DNA of 63,466 bases, the filler included, from Octopus bimaculoides (Eukaryota), in NCBI RefSeq assembly GCF_001194135.2. It is 9 parts of 9 records of this genome, joined end to end, with 100 filler letters (N's around TTAATTAATTAA, not from the genome) between each part and the next. Parts side by side here need not be neighbours in the genome. Positions count along the whole stretch, not along the records: positions 1 to 5,276 come from NC_069001.1; positions 5,377 to 7,588 come from NC_068983.1; positions 7,689 to 27,349 come from NC_068984.1; 6 more parts are not named here. The stretch is one strand, 5' to 3'. The position numbers and the translations under genes were made by a program. Every line of letters starts with the position of its first letter. The first letter of the stretch is position 1. Below the pieces are notes generated by a model. The model saw nothing but the letters and a program-made list of their open reading frames with translations, had not been told where the DNA came from and searched no databases. This document shows, piece after piece, positions 1 through 13,819 of the stretch.

Positions 1-2029
1 ATATATATATATATATATATATATAGCAATCCTTCGGTATTTGTACATGACGTCATTCACACACACTTCCCTCATGACATAAAGTGGCAAAGATGAAAAA
101 GAACGTGAATCACGTCGTCTCCTCATACCGACACACTGTAGACCAATATCGAAGGATCACCAAAATGAAATAGGTACTGTTGTCAATTCGTTCGACTGAA
201 ATCCGTCAAGGCAGTGCCCCAGCATGGCCACAGACCAGCGAGTGAAACAAAGAGGTGCGTGTCTGTACGTATGCATGAGATCGTATAACATGCGTGTTCG
301 CATTACTGTTAATGTGTACGGGTCTTTAAAAAAAATGATCAGGTTCTGCTGTTTATCTCGCACCCCTATAAATTCCTGCAACCGAGCGGTTCGACATTTA
401 GAGAACGACTGAGCGGTGTATGAGACAGGAATACGTAAATGTCAATATAACCGACTGATAAAACCTCGACGGCGGTGCACCAGCCTGGTCGCAAACTAGG
501 AATAATTAACTCAGTGTCTGTGAAACAAATTTACAAAACGTGTGCGTAAGAAATGGTGATCTTCGTCCCACGATAACGAAACTAATTCTTCACGTAATCT
601 CTACACCAAATTTCAAACGAAAAATATAATAAACACGAGAGATAAAGCGCGTCCGTCAACAAAATAACACTCACCTCTTTATAAACTCGCTCCTATCTGT
701 GTCTGTCTCTAACTAATTTGTGTGTGATTTGTTTTCTGCCTCGTTCCGTCACTCCACTTCTCTCTCTCTCTCTCTTACTCTTGCACTCTCTTACTCTTGC
801 TCTCTCTTACTTTCTATCCTTCTTTCTCTCTCTATTTATCTCTCTCTCTCTCTCTCTCTCTCTGTATCATGTTTCGATTCATTTAAATATGTCTGTATGT
901 GCGCGTGTGTATGTTTTGCTTTCTCTCTCCTTCCTACCCCTTTTGTCTCCTTTTCTCTCTCTCCTCGATTTGTCTGCATGTATGCATATGTGTGTGTGTG
1001 GGTGTTCTTCCCTTTCCAGCTCTATCTATCTATCTATATGAAAAAGTGAATCTCTATATACGTAACCCAGTACGTATGTATGTGTGTATATGTACATTCG
1101 TATATTTAAGATCGCCGAATATGTGTATGCGTACACTTTTAAATGTGAATGCATTTATATATATATATATATTATATATTATATATATATATATATATAG
1201 GCGGTGCTCTAGCATGACCGCAGTCAAATCACTGAAACAAAAGAATAAGTGCGTGTGTGTAAATGCGAGTGTGTGCATTTGTAATTTGTGTATGTGTGAG
1301 TACATATAAATGTATATACATATACATATGTGTATGTGTGCATTTGTGTTTGTCTATGTCTGTCTCTTCCAGCATGTGAACGTGCTTTTTTCAATAATTC
1401 AGAGACACGTGTGGCACTTTGCGTGTCTTTTTCTGAACAAAGACAGCATCATGTGGTGTATAAAAAATAATGACGCGATGCTGGAAGGTGAAATGAGGTG
1501 AGTAAAGGAAGAGGCGACTGAGGGGGTGACAATTGTATCCGTATGTATGTGAAAATAGTCAGAGAGAGAGACAGAGAGAGAGAGACAGAGAGAGGAAGTC
1601 CCTATTATATTCCACGACCTTCTCATCTTTGGTAGGTTTCTGTGAAGTGCATTTGATTGTTGCGGTAAGAAGTCTACTTCCCAGCGACACATTTTTGGTT
1701 CGTTTCTTAAGGAAAAATTCAATCGTTCACATCTACCTTAGTATTTAGTCGTGGCTTTCTTTTTGCATTTTTTAAAAAAGTCCCATACTTATTCTATCGC
1801 TATCTTTTGCTGAACCACTATGTTAAGGTGACATAGATAAACCGACGTCGGTGTCAAGCGGTGGAGATAAGGGACAAACATCAACACAGACACGAACGCA
1901 TCGCGCGCGCACACATCTATCTATCTATATATATATATATATATTATTTTATCAGTTTCAGCTGAAAGCTGTGGCCATGCTGGAGCACCGCCATCTTGCT
2001 ACACTGTTATTTTTGAGAGCTTCCTCTGA

Positions 2030-2400
2030 TATATAGCATTTGGTGAATAAGGCAATTTGATGTCGCTGCCCTCATTTGCGCTTCCTGCCGCGAGGACATT
2101 TCGTCTGAGACTCTCCACAGGAAGAGATCCAGTTTTGATTTGAAAACACCTACATCCACTTTGTGTAGGTAGGCCCCTCGAGCTCTTTGGGAGAATATTA
2201 AAAAGCTGTGGGCCCCTGAAAACCAGGCTGATACAGTAACTGGTCTTGAAGCGCAACGGCATTGCTGGGATCTTTGGCACTGTGCAGTGTCGACCCCTCC
2301 TGTTTGCAGGTTGTTTTCAATCTCCATCAGTGTTGCTCTTAGGTGGGACCTTTCACCGGCAATTTGTACTGTCTCCCCCATGCCCACATTTGCCTTGCAA
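2030..2400 (-). mobile_element. CR1/L2-group LINE 3' fragment
   Basis: Frameshifted GRHCTVPKIP...SLVFRGPQLFNILPK / VDVGVFKSKLDLFL...AATSNCLIHQ, typical of the C-terminus of CR1-type ORF2. Confidence 0.75.
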
Positions 2401-2629
2401 TGGGCTTGCGTGCCCAAAGGCTATGCATTCTCACTTTGAGTGAAACAACAAAGACTTATTTAAACGACCACCTGAAGAAGTGCGTCTTGCACCGTGAACG
2501 GACGACAGTGATTACGCAACATGTTAATAATATTTCACCAACGTCCTACAAGTGTAAAAACGTGTCGAAACAATTGTGGTGATTCAAAATAAACAATGTC
2601 GTTCAATCCATTTCCTATCTATCTATCTA

Positions 2630-2880
2630 TTTATGCCTGTGCTTGTCCCTATCACTGCTTGACAACCGGTGTTTGTTTGTTCGCGTCCCCGTAACTAAGC
2701 GGTTCGGCCATGAGAGACCGATAGAATAAGTACCAAGTTTACACACACAAAAAAAACTGGAAAAGAAAAATACCGGGGTCGATTTGTTCGATTTAAAAAT
2801 AAAATAAAAACCCCTTCAAAGCGGTGCTCCAGCATGGCTGCAGTCCAATGACAGAAACAAGTAAAAGAATATAAGAATTA
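2630..2880 (+). mobile_element. SINE family A, 3' half
   Basis: gcttgacaaccggtg...gcggtgctccagcatggctgcagtccaatgacagaaacaagtaaaag; similar + copy at 36570-36790. Confidence 0.8.
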
Positions 2881-3699
2881 CGTCTGCTTTTATCGTCGTT
2901 CCCTCCTCGTCTTTTTCTTCTTCTTCCTCTTACGCCTCTCTATTACTTTCCTCTCCTCTCTTTTCTTCTTTCTTTCATTCTATTATGTCTCTTTGTTACG
3001 TCTTTTTTCTCCTCCCTTCTCTTTCATTCACTCATTCATTCATTCCTTCATTCACTCACTTCATTCATTCATTCATACAATCACGTCTCTCTCTTACCTT
3101 CTTTCTCTCTTCCCTTCTTATTTTTTCTCATTCCACCACATCCATCTCCTTCCTTCCTTCCTTCCTTTCTTCCTTTGTGCCCCAATCTATCTTTTCATCC
3201 CACCACCCACCCCTCCCCTTCACACACAGCACATCTCCTAAACCGACGCCCTCTTCCACTGCCCCCTCCCCTCCGCGTCTTCTCCATCACCGTCCTCACC
3301 GTTCTCGTGCTTAAACAAAAGCACTCGNNNNNNNNNNNNNNNNNNNNNNNNNNNNNNNNNNNNNNNNNNNNNNNNNNNNNNNNNNNNNNNNNNNNNNNNN
3401 NNNNNNATCTGTCCTTCAATCTCTCTTATTGTTGTTGGCAGTGGGGGTAGCGACGGTGGTGATGGTGGTGGTCGTAGTAGTAGTGATGGTCGTAATGGTG
3501 GTGGTGGTGAGGGGGTGTTAATGGTAGTAGTAACGGTGGTGGTCGTCGTCGTCGTAGTGGGGGGGGGTGTTCAAATAAGTGTCTAATTAATCAACAAGTA
3601 GTTCGTTGTCTCATTCTTTGTGAGAAAAAAGAAAAGACCGCGGCGACCGCTGACCTCCTCCACTTAAAACCAATCAGAATTTACACCCACGATGGGAAT

Positions 3700-3900
3700 A
3701 TTTCGTTGATATGTATTCGTCTGCCGTTACGTCCCGAGTTCGAATTCCGCCGAGGTCGACTTTGCCTTTCATCCTTACAGGGTCAATTAAATAAGTACCG
3801 GTGACGCACTGGGGATCGATGTAATCGATTCAATCCCTTTCTCTGTCCTTGTTTGTCCCCTCTATGTTTAGCCCCTTGGGGGCAATAAAGAAATGAGTCT
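3700..3900 (+). mobile_element. SINE family C
   Basis: Alignable to 32810-33005. Confidence 0.8.
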
Positions 3901-5104
3901 TTAACGTCATGAGTGAATGTGTGACACTGTGTTTCATCCACTCGACAACATTCCAGCCATGACCATCCCCTGCTCATCTTTCAGGGTCCCTATGGCCCTT
4001 AGGGTGATTTTTGGAGACCTTTTTTCTGAAGAAAAAGCGCATCTTAGATGCCATTAAATTTGGTAAATTTCGGTATTTGCCCCTGGATCTTTACATTATG
4101 AGTTCAAATCCCGCCGAGGTCAGCTCTATCTTTCAATCGTTCAGTGGGGAGGGGATCAATAAAATAAAGGACCAGTCAAGCACTGAAGGTGGGGCGTTTA
4201 GTCGAAGGCATCGACTAAATCTTTTTGCCTTCAGATTACTAGACTCGAGCTTAATCTACAAATCATTTTTGAAAGTGGTAAAGAATGATTTGAGAGAGAT
4301 TTAGCTGCTACTACTAGCAGGTCGGGTGGCCAGTTAGAAGTCGGCGCATCGAAAAGGTTTGCGTACCCGAAGTGTCTTTCCAGCTTATCAGACTCCAAAG
4401 TTCATGCGAAGTTTTGGAAAGATAACGTTTATATAGGAAACCTTGTTACAATGATGGGACACTTGAAACTCCTTATAAATCACGTTGTTGTTGTTGTAAA
4501 AAATAGCGTGAGAATTCTGGGTTATAAAACCCTTTGGAGAGAAAAAGTCGAAGACAGTCCTTCGATTTTTCTCTATCCGTTTTAGAAACTTCGTTCTGGT
4601 CAAAGAGAATTGAATGTTATTTGGTCCAATTGTGGAACGTCTCTCATGTTTACAGCTGCGGATTCGAGTCCCACCAGCGGCCTTCAATTTTTTTTTCTAT
4701 CCAAAAGGATTTCGCTGGTTGCTTGTTGTTTGAATAACGAAGAAATGAAAATATATTTCGTTGGCTGCGCGAAGCAATCACGCGAACATTCAACTGATAT
4801 TTATTGCTGGGTGTATAAATATTAGGTATTTGGTTATTTATAATGAACAATATAAAGAATTAAGAGAAAAACCGCACCGCGTCTGTAGAAGTTATTTCAT
4901 GAGGCATTGTATGAACGTTCAGAATGGGTCTGTCCAAGAACTGTCTGTATGGCAAGAGTGGGATCACGAGACATTCTACTGCAATTGTTGTTGTTCATGT
5001 TTAGTCACCCCAGGTCAGCTTTGGTCTAACAGAATGACAGCCAAAAGCCATCCAGCAACGACCACTATGTCGTTTGGGGATCGCGTTGTAAAATCTGCCC
5101 TTCT

Positions 5105-5270
5105 TTATTTAAAATGATGTGGCTGCTATTTCTAACAATGATTTGAGGGAGATTTGGCTGTTGTTTCTAACATTGACTTGAACAAGGTTTGGTTGCTATT
5201 TCTAGCAGTGGTTTAAGCATAATTTGGTTGTTCTTTCAAGAGACAATTTGAAGGAAATTTGGCGGCCGTT
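5105..5270 (+). repeat. Degenerate ~35-bp tandem repeat (gatttgagggagatttggctgctatttctagca-like)
   Basis: About five imperfect units; the same motif is dispersed at ~4290 and repeated several times in 47330-47870. Confidence 0.7.
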
Positions 5271-5320
5271 TGTTTANNNNNNNNNNNNNNNNNNNNNNNN
5301 NNNNNNNNNNNNNNNNNNNN

Positions 5321-5332
5321 TTAATTAATTAA
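5321..5332. other. Assembly gap linker TTAATTAATTAA (artefact)
   Basis: Sits centred in 100-bp N blocks. Also at 7633, 27394, 43198, 49780, 52624, 58528 and 60575. Confidence 0.95.
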
Positions 5333-5376
5333 NNNNNNNNNNNNNNNNNNNNNNNNNNNNNNNNNNNNNNNNNNNN

Positions 5377-5415
<39 letters not shown>

Positions 5416-6537
5416 GTATATATATATAGAAAGACAGAGAAGGGGAGGAAGGGAGAGAAGGAGATAGGGAGATATAAATATAGACATAGATTGACAGATA
5501 CACATACACGCATATATATATATAGGTCAAACCATACATAATAAAAAATCGCTCTTACTGCAGCTTAATGCCTATTTATCTAGAAATAGGTATTGCATCA
5601 ATATCCAATATTTTAAATACAGAAGTATCTCTTCATAGAGAAAATATAAATATATATGTGTGTCAGAGATAGAAAGCTGGGTGAACATATAAATATATCA
5701 ATATTTCGCAACATAAATACATAAATACATATAAATCGTTTATCACATCCATAGATAAGAGAATAACTTTGAAGACTTCTGTAGAATTTGGTCATAGATG
5801 CCATATTGACTTCATTCTCATTTATGAAATTGTTTCTGCATAGAACAGTGCACAGTCAAAAACGAGCTTGAAAAGACTTGGAAAAAAGGTCATATATATT
5901 TTGACCTGTCCTGTACGATATGAAATGTACTGAAAATGTTATGTTGCTGTTTTTTTTTCTTTCTGTTTTGGCTTCTCATTTTTCTATTTAATTTTCTCTT
6001 TAAGAAATTCATCTCGTATTGAATTATTCCTTTTGTTGCCCTATCTATTTTCACCATGTAATGTTACTTTACATATATGTATGTATGTGAGTAATTATGT
6101 AATGTATATATGTATCTATCTATCTATGCATATATATATGCATTTATATATATGTATATATNNNNNNNNNNNNNNNNNNNNNNNNNNNNNNNNNNNNNNN
6201 NNNNNNNNNNNNNNNNNNNNNNNNNNNNNNNNNNNNNNNNNNNNNNNNNNNNNNNNNNNNNNNNNNNNNNNNNNNNNNNNNNNNNNNNNNNNNNNNNNNN
6301 NNNNNNNNNNNNNNNNNNNNNNNNNNNNNNNNNNNNNNNNNNNNNNNNNNNNNNNNNNNNNNNNNNNNNNNNNNNNNNNNNNNNNNNNNNNNNNNNNNNN
6401 NNNNNNNNNNNNNNNNNNNNNNNNNNNNNNNNNNNNNNNNNNNNNNNNNNNNNNNNNNNNNNNNNNNNNNNNNNNNNNNNNNNNNNNNNNNNNNNNNNTA
6501 TATATATATATATACATATATGTATGTATATATACAT

Positions 6538-6576
<39 letters not shown>

Positions 6577-6580
6577 ACTC

Positions 6581-6619
<39 letters not shown>

Positions 6620-6804
6620 ACACACATACCACAGAATGACCGTAGCTTTAGAGCTGAAACACTTTGAAGATATTTATAGATATCTATATATATATATATG
6701 TGTATGTGCGTGTGTGCGTGCCCGCGCGAGTGTTTGTGTGTATATACATATGTGTGTGTAATACACACACACACGCACGCAAACACACAGACACACACAA
6801 ACAC

Positions 6805-6837
<33 letters not shown>

Positions 6838-7788
6838 TACACACACACACATATATATGCATGTATGCATTTCCGCTTGCTGGTTATGTGTCTTTCTCTC
6901 TTTCTTTGCTTTCTCTTTGTCTCTTTCTGTATGTCATTTCTTCTTTTTTTGTTAATTCTGTCTTAAGTTCATTAGTTTTTACCTTCTATTATTTCGCTTT
7001 TTTCTCTTTTCTTCATTCCGACGTTCTCTCTGTCATTTTTTAAATTTGCATTAATTCTTTCTTTAATTTTTCTATTTTCTTTCCATTTTCTTTCGTCAAA
7101 TCCCTTTCTTTATCTTTTATCTTTTTCTCTTCTTTCCTATCATTCTTTTGCTTTCTCCGAGTTCGTTTCTTTCATTTTATTCATATTTCATTCTTTTCGC
7201 TCTTTCGTTCTTAATTCATTAAATTCTTTCTTTCTTTCTCTTTCCCTCCCTTCCCTCCTACTTTTTTGTCTCTTCCTTTTCTCATTTCTCTATCCTTTTC
7301 TTCATTCTTTTCTTCTTTTATTTTTAAGACATACACTTTTCATATTTGAATCCTTACCTAATATTTATTCTAAACATGTTTCTTATATTTTCTTATCTTT
7401 TGTCATACCAATGGAATCATTGGAATTATAGCAGACAAAGTCAGAAAACAGATTCCCCTGAAAATACCTTTATTCATCTCTTTGTGGTCCCCTCATTATT
7501 AAATATACTATACTATATAATATAATATAATATAATATAATATATTATAATATAATATAACATATATATATATATATATATATATATANNNNNNNNNNNN
7601 NNNNNNNNNNNNNNNNNNNNNNNNNNNNNNNNTTAATTAATTAANNNNNNNNNNNNNNNNNNNNNNNNNNNNNNNNNNNNNNNNNNNNACACACACACAC
7701 ACACATACACACACACACACACACATACACACACACACACACACATACACACACACACACACTCATTCTCACTCTCGTTGTTTTACAG

Positions 7789-8059
7789 CCTGTACTTCGG
7801 CAGCCGACATCGCTTTTGTTCTGGATTCATCTGGAAGTGTTGGCAATCATAATTTCCACATGATGCTAACCTTCTTGAATGATATAGTCGACCAAATGGA
7901 AATTGGACCGAAGAATATTCAGGTTGGAGTTTTGCGTTTCAACAGCCGAAATTATTTGGAATTCAACCTAAACAAGCACAATACCAAGAAGAGTTTACAG
8001 AATGCTATTCAGAATATTCACTACACTCCGGGTAATACCGCAACAGGATCTGCTATCAG
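7789..8059 (+). CDS. Internal exon: N-terminal half of a von Willebrand factor A (VWA) domain
   Basis: Acceptor ttttacag|cc, donor atcag|gtgagt. Phase 1 in, phase 2 out. Translates CTSAADIAFVLDSSGSVGNHNFHMMLTFLNDIVDQMEIGPKNIQVGVLRFNSRNYLEFNLNKHNTKKSLQNAIQNIHYTPGNTATGSAI, with MIDAS DxSxS (DSSGS) and the conserved Thr in GNTATG. Confidence 0.95.
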
Positions 8060-8169
8060 GTGAGTATGTTCTCTTCTGTTTTTAATAATCTAAACTCTTC
8101 CTTTGACGAGGGAGCTGGTTTCTAACAGAGATACAAAGATCTGTCGTCGGAATGTAAATAAGGAAGACA

Positions 8170-9272
8170 ATGTCACATTTTAAACTTGAGAAAAGTCTTG
8201 CATATCTTTACTGTTATCCTTACAGATTGTATTTGTAATGTGCGAGTTTGTTGGATTTTCAGAAATCCAAGCGTATCTAAACGGTCAGCGCGGCATTTCC
8301 GCACAAAATCAAGTGCACCGATTATTATTGATATAAATGTAAATTTGTAATCTGGATGTAGAAGACAAAGGTCTCGTAGCAGTTGTCCATAATTATCCAC
8401 TTTCTCTTTGATTTTCAAAAAGATATTCACATCAGCAGAACAGCTGAACTCTATGATAGTACATAACTCCCAGACAACAACATCCGGCTTGTTATGCTTA
8501 CACTTGACAGATGATTTGGCAGGAATGTTCCACCAGTATTCTTTGTGTGGATGTTTCTGTGTGAATTCAATAACAGGGGGATTCTGTATATTTATTCCAG
8601 AACAGTCTTTTACCCGAGGGTATTGTATATTGTTTTTGCGACAACGTTATGTCGCATAGGGATGTATCATCTTGATGACATTTTTGGTGCAGCTGCTAAT
8701 CACATATGTGAAGTCTTCCACAGAAATATGATATTTTCGGTGCACCTTAGAACTCTAAGGGCTCTATTGCTTCTTCTGTTTATTAGATATTTAGTAGCAG
8801 ACTTCTGCTGTTGTATTGCAAATGCGTAGCCTCCGAAATGTGATATGATGTACAGGTCACGAGTCCAAGAGAGGCTTCACTTTATGTCAATATTTCTGTA
8901 TTCTTCAATTCTTCAGGACTACGCATGGTCTTTTTTTTTTGTTGTTTTTTTTTTGTTTTTGTTTTTGGTATACTGGTCTTTGAGGTATTTTAGTCCGACT
9001 GTTTTGAGGTTGTATATGAAGTCACATACAGAAAGTGCTTCCTGAGGAATTCGCTACCGACTTGTAGGAACGTATGATATTGTTCTCTTCACATTTCAGC
9101 ACTAAGTTAATGTATTTATCTGTGCTGCTGTTGTTTAACAAATGCTCTCTAAGAGAGACTACGCGACATTCGCAGGCTTTCTTCACGGATATCAAATCTC
9201 TACTTCCTTTATTATCTCTTCTCAGGTAGAGCCCGTTGATATCACTATTCCTGTAGAGATTTCCAGTTGATG
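8170..9272 (-). mobile_element. Decayed R4/Dong-like non-LTR retrotransposon (RT C-terminus, zinc-knuckle region, restriction-like endonuclease)
   Basis: Minus-strand peptides GNLYRNSDINGLYLRR, GYAFAIQQQ..ATKYL, RHNVVAKTIYN, EYWWNIP..KHNKPDVVVW..IIEFSCSADVNI..KEKVDNYG, ending VKICKTFLKFKM*. Confidence 0.85.
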
Positions 9273-9286
9273 TATGTATTATGTGT

Positions 9287-9680
9287 GGAGGCGCAATGGC
9301 CCAGCGGTTAGGGTAGCGGACTCGCGGTCATAGGATCGCAGTTTTGAATCTCAGACTGGGCGTTGTGAATATTTATTGAGCGAAGACACCTAAAAGCTCC
9401 ACGAGGCTCCGGCAGGGGATGGTGGCGAACCCTGCTGTACTCTTTCACCACAACTTTCTCTCACTCTTACTTCCTGTTTCTGTTGTACCTGTAATTCAAA
9501 GGGCCAACCTTGTCACACTGTGTCACGCTGAATATCCCCGAGAACTACGTTAAGGGTACACGTGTCTGTGGAGTGCTCAGCCACTTGCACGTTAATTTCA
9601 CGAGCAGGCTGTTCCGTTGATCGGATCAACTGGAACCCTCGACGTCGTAAGCGACGGAGTGCCAACAACAACAACAACAA
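9287..9680 (+). mobile_element. tRNA-derived SINE, family B, near full length
   Basis: tRNA-like head (ggcgcaatggcccagcggttagg...) and (AAC)n tail. Related copies at 10141-10460, 20127-20420 and 28465-28790; head only at 62272-62345. Confidence 0.85.
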
Positions 9681-10140
9681 TGTATTATGTATGTATCTAT
9701 GTCCTTGGTATGACTTTAAACTGCATCCGATAGTAGGGTTCTGGTACATGAGTTCCAGGCTAATGAGGAGTGTGGAACCACCACATAACCATTATTTTTC
9801 CCAGGTTTACTCTGACCTTGAGTAATAGCACCGGTTAGGGTTCTCCTTAAGGGTGAAGTGGTATGTGAACCACTAAGAGTGAAGCAACCCTAGTTCTCGT
9901 TAGAACTTCATTCTAAATGGTAAACTCCTACAAGAAAAAAACCTGAGGTGCAAATTGGTTCCTGATCGGCTCTGTCATGCTACTGCTTTCATCGCTGATT
10001 CCGCTGAAAATGGGCTCTGTCTTGTGCAACACATCCATTCAAATAAAATTCATGCAGAGAGATTTCTTTGAGTTGCCTTCTATCACTACACGCACGCACG
10101 CACGCACACACACACACACAAACATTTGTATGTATGTATT

Positions 10141-10460
10141 TGCGTAGCTGAGTGGTTAAAGTATTCGGCTCACGATCGTAAGGTCATGAGTTCGATTTCT
10201 GGCAGAGTGTTGTGTCTTTGAGCTCGACACTTTGTTTCACGTTGCTCCAGTTCAATCAGCTGGCAAAAATGAGTTGTACCCGTATTTCAAAGGGTCAGCA
10301 TTGTCCCATTCTGTGTCACGTTGAATCTCCCTGAGAACTATGTTAAGAGTAATCGTGACCGAGGTGTGCTCAGCCACTTGCACGTTAAGGTCACGAGCAG
10401 GCTGTTCTATTAATCGGTTCAACTGGAACCCTCTTTGTCTTAAGCGACACATTGCCAGTT
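10141..10460 (+). mobile_element. tRNA-derived SINE, family B
   Basis: A/B-box head (tagctgagtggtt...gagttcgatt) and a body shared with 9287-9680. Confidence 0.8.
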
Positions 10461-11482
10461 ATACATTCGTTTTTTTTTCCATGCTGGGGAACAAATGATA
10501 ATCAGATAGGGCGAAACCAATAGAATTGGGACGGTGATCAACTAGGTCAAAGCCACAGTCATGCTTAGCAACCAGCGAAAGCAAAGACCTGTTTGCTGGA
10601 GCATTGTCCCGATTAAACAAGACCCCTTTCGCCAGTTTCCCAAGGCGTTTGGTCTTCATAGCCTATAGTTGACATAATACGCTCCATTGATTGTGTGGTC
10701 CTTTCGAAGATAAACACAATGCCTTTTGAATCCCAAAAAACTGTGCCCATCACCCTCCCTATAGATGAAACGAGCTTCGTCTTGTTTGGATCAGTGAGGA
10801 TGGGGTTTCTACATTTTGGATTGTCTCTTTGTCTCTAGCTCAAAGTGAAGCCAACAACCATCTCGGATTAGCAAACGTTCAAGGAAACCAGCTGGATTTG
10901 CCTTAAACAATGTCAGATTTTTCCATTATGTGATCAGCCTGGTGCGTATTTGATCAGATGTCAGAAGATGTGGCACCCACCAAGCAAAAACCTTCGTCAA
11001 ACCAAACTCATTATACAGAATATTCGCAACTCTCTCGCGGGATATGCTAAAAGCATTGCCTATTTAATTATAGTCAATTGCCCTTTATCCATCAGCATGT
11101 GGTGAACACGATCAATGCTCGGTGTTGGTGTTGGCAGTACGTCCAAACTTTGGGTCATCTTCAGGATTCTCCCTCCTTACCTTCTTAAATTCAGCTGCCC
11201 ACTTTCGCACAGTTGATTCCCTAATGTAGCAAACATGTTAGCATGAATGTCTTTGGGAGCTAAACAGTTTTTTTCTGCAGATACTTGATAATACCACAAT
11301 GCCAGATTTTGTTCATTTTCGAGAGAAGTTGCTACTAGTTACTTATTAAGTCTTCTTTGAACTCTCAGATATCAGTTTACCTGGGACAAAACGATGCAGT
11401 TACTAATAAGAAGAGTTTAAATTAATGCATGCAATATTTCACAGCTCTAGCATCACTCCTTCATAGTCAGCCCACCCTCGTA
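10460..11482 (-). mobile_element. Decayed mariner transposon
   Basis: Minus-strand STVRKWAAEFK, WVPHLLT, DNAPAN and ALSDYHLFP motifs. One TIR-like end TACGAGGGTGGGCTGA ends at 11482; the other TIR was not found. Confidence 0.85.
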
Positions 11483-11867
11483 CAGACGTATGATTTGTGT
11501 AAACCACACGTAGATTTGTTTTTACTAAAAATACACGCTTGAGTGTTACTCATGTTATGATTGATCGTATTCTTATCGCATGGTTTTTTGTTTCTTTCTT
11601 TTTCTTTAATACTTTACAGGCAATTACTTTTTTATTCTGTGATACATGCTCGCATGCTATTTATTTTTTCAATACCTCATCCCATCTTTACATATTATTT
11701 CATACTACAATTAAATTTTTCTCTACTAAATATCAATAAGATTTTCTTGTTCCCATATATTTGCCATTTTACATATTCTTTTGAGTGTCATTTCTGGTAA
11801 CTGTTTCTCTGTATAAATTCACAACTTCACATTTATTTATCTCTTCTCTTTACTATTTCATCGCTAG

Positions 11868-12154
11868 TTTCATGCATTACCACATGTTCACACGAGCTAG
11901 TGGCTTCCGAAAAGGTGTACCAAAGATTGCGATAGTTATCACCGATGGTATGTCCAATATAGGTTTGAACACTAAAGTAGAAGCAGATGCTGCCAAAAAG
12001 AACAACATCACGATGTTTGCTATTGGAATTGGTGGAGCTGTAAACCAAAGAGAACTAAAGGACATTGCATCAAATCCTAATCTTGTCTTCAGTACGAAAA
12101 ATTTCAAGAATTTGAATAAAATAGTGGACGGTTTAGTGAAGACAACCTGTAAAG
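11868..12154 (+). CDS. Internal exon: C-terminal half of the VWA domain
   Basis: Acceptor tcgctag|t, donor aaag|gtaggc. Phase 2 in, matching the previous exon. Translates (S)FMHYHMFTRASGFRKGVPKIAIVITDGMSN...FAIGIGGAVNQRELKDIASNPNLVF...LVKTTCK, containing the MIDAS Asp (ITDG) and the closing Cys. Confidence 0.95.
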
Positions 12155-13792
12155 GTAGGCATACAGTATTTTATTTGAAACAATTAACTTTCTTGATAAC
12201 GTTGTTTCCCTGCTAGACCAATGAACAGAATATTTTATTGAAATATTAAAAAACGTAAAGAATATAGTTCGCCTGTATGTATGAGAAGCCAAAACACCTC
12301 ACACTTACTCGTTTAATTCAGTGGACTATAATTTACATACTATGACTGTATAATACTCCCTCTGACTACAGTCGAAGTATTTTATCATTAACTAACTTTT
12401 TATTAGTTTGCAATACTAACTTTAATTATTCTATGGTTCCAAAACTATATCATTTCAAAAGCTTTCATACCGAGGGCCTATTCAACATCTTCTACAGTGG
12501 TCATATTAAAATAACCATGATATAATAAAGCTTCTTAAGTACTTCTTAACAATATTTTGTGATATAATGTCAGATGTAGATATGTCATTGGAGGTCGCAA
12601 TGTTTTGGCAAGAAAACCGAATATCTTCAAGACAGTAAGGTGATTAGAAACAGAAAATATAGCAGTTCGTATCCAGTGTTGTGATGAAGCTTTGATCCAA
12701 TAGATAATGGGATTTAGCATCACACGGTTTCTATTTTCTCTTCTTTTTCAATTATTTTTTTTCGCAGAAATTGTTTTTGCATGCAAAATTAGTTCCAATT
12801 ACTGCACCAAAATAACTCTTCTGCATCATGCAAACATTATAAAAGTTTTGAAGCCATCAAATCTCAAGGGATAGAATAAGTTTATGCTGTAGTGGATGCA
12901 TGTGTGTGAATGTCTGTGTTCAATGCAGGATGAACAGTGATGTACCAGCCATGTAGCGCAGTTTTAATACGAGCAAATTTTTCAGATCCCTCGGCAATCA
13001 ATAGAGATGTGTGAGTATTGAAATGATATAGCGTCGCCAGCATTTAGTCCACAGGTATAAACTTTAACTTTACTCAAATCTAAACTAGCAAAAGTAATCA
13101 TTAATTATTCTATATTCCTACTTAGTACGCCTATTCACAGCTGGTGACGTTTAGCCAGCGACGGTTAAATGTCAAACCAAGTAACAATACTAGGATCGGA
13201 GAAATCTTAACCATAACGCAAGTTAATTTCTTGAAAAAATAGACAGAATGCATGCTACAACCTCTTGGTTTTATTTTTTTGTAAATATTCGTATTTAGAT
13301 TTCGTCAAAAGAAATCAATATCACCTATTTTTCTTCAATATCAAATCATTTTCTTTTGACCTATACAAGTTTAGTATTTTACGTAAATGAACACAACTGA
13401 CTGAATATATTCCAGTATAATACTAGCACATTCTATTAGCCTTCAAAGCTCAAAGGACAATTAAACAATGTCAAAGTTGGGTGTAATATAAACTCAAAAC
13501 GTTCAAAGACTATATCTAAAGCAATAATTCTTGCAACCTCGCCACCCTTTTTCTCCAGTATCAGACAGCTTGTAATTTAAAACTCTAATTTCTCTTGCAA
13601 ATATTTTTGTACATTTGCTCTTTTTATTTATTTCCTATTGTACCATTTACCACTTATTGTTAGCTTTTTATATATTTTGCCATTTACTCCTTATAGTAGT
13701 TAACAGAAAGAATTACGCCATCCTCCATTTTGTCATTTATATGCTAATACCCTTCACATATAATAAACTTCCTTTCTTTTTCTCTTTCCAAG

Positions 13793-13819
13793 AAATCCCA
13801 ATTGACAGCAAACCATTTG
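13793..13819 (+). CDS. 27-nt symmetric (phase 1-1) microexon, linker EIPIDSKPF
   Basis: Long pyrimidine tract ending ttccaag|, donor tttg|gtaagt. Length is a multiple of 3 and the frame joins both neighbours without a stop. Confidence 0.75.

Noticed and set aside
9287-9370. tRNA-like sequences here and at other SINE heads
   Set aside because: They are degenerate cloverleaves continuous with SINE bodies, so not functional tRNA genes.
12535-12723. Minus-strand ORF starting MMLNPIIY, resembling the GPCR TM7 NPxxY motif
   Set aside because: There is no upstream hydrophobic helix or plausible splice acceptor; a chance match or decayed repeat.
12768-12875. Strong-looking acceptor (ttttttttcgcag) after VWA exon 2
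   Set aside because: The phase-1 frame hits a stop with no convincing donor and shows no domain signal.
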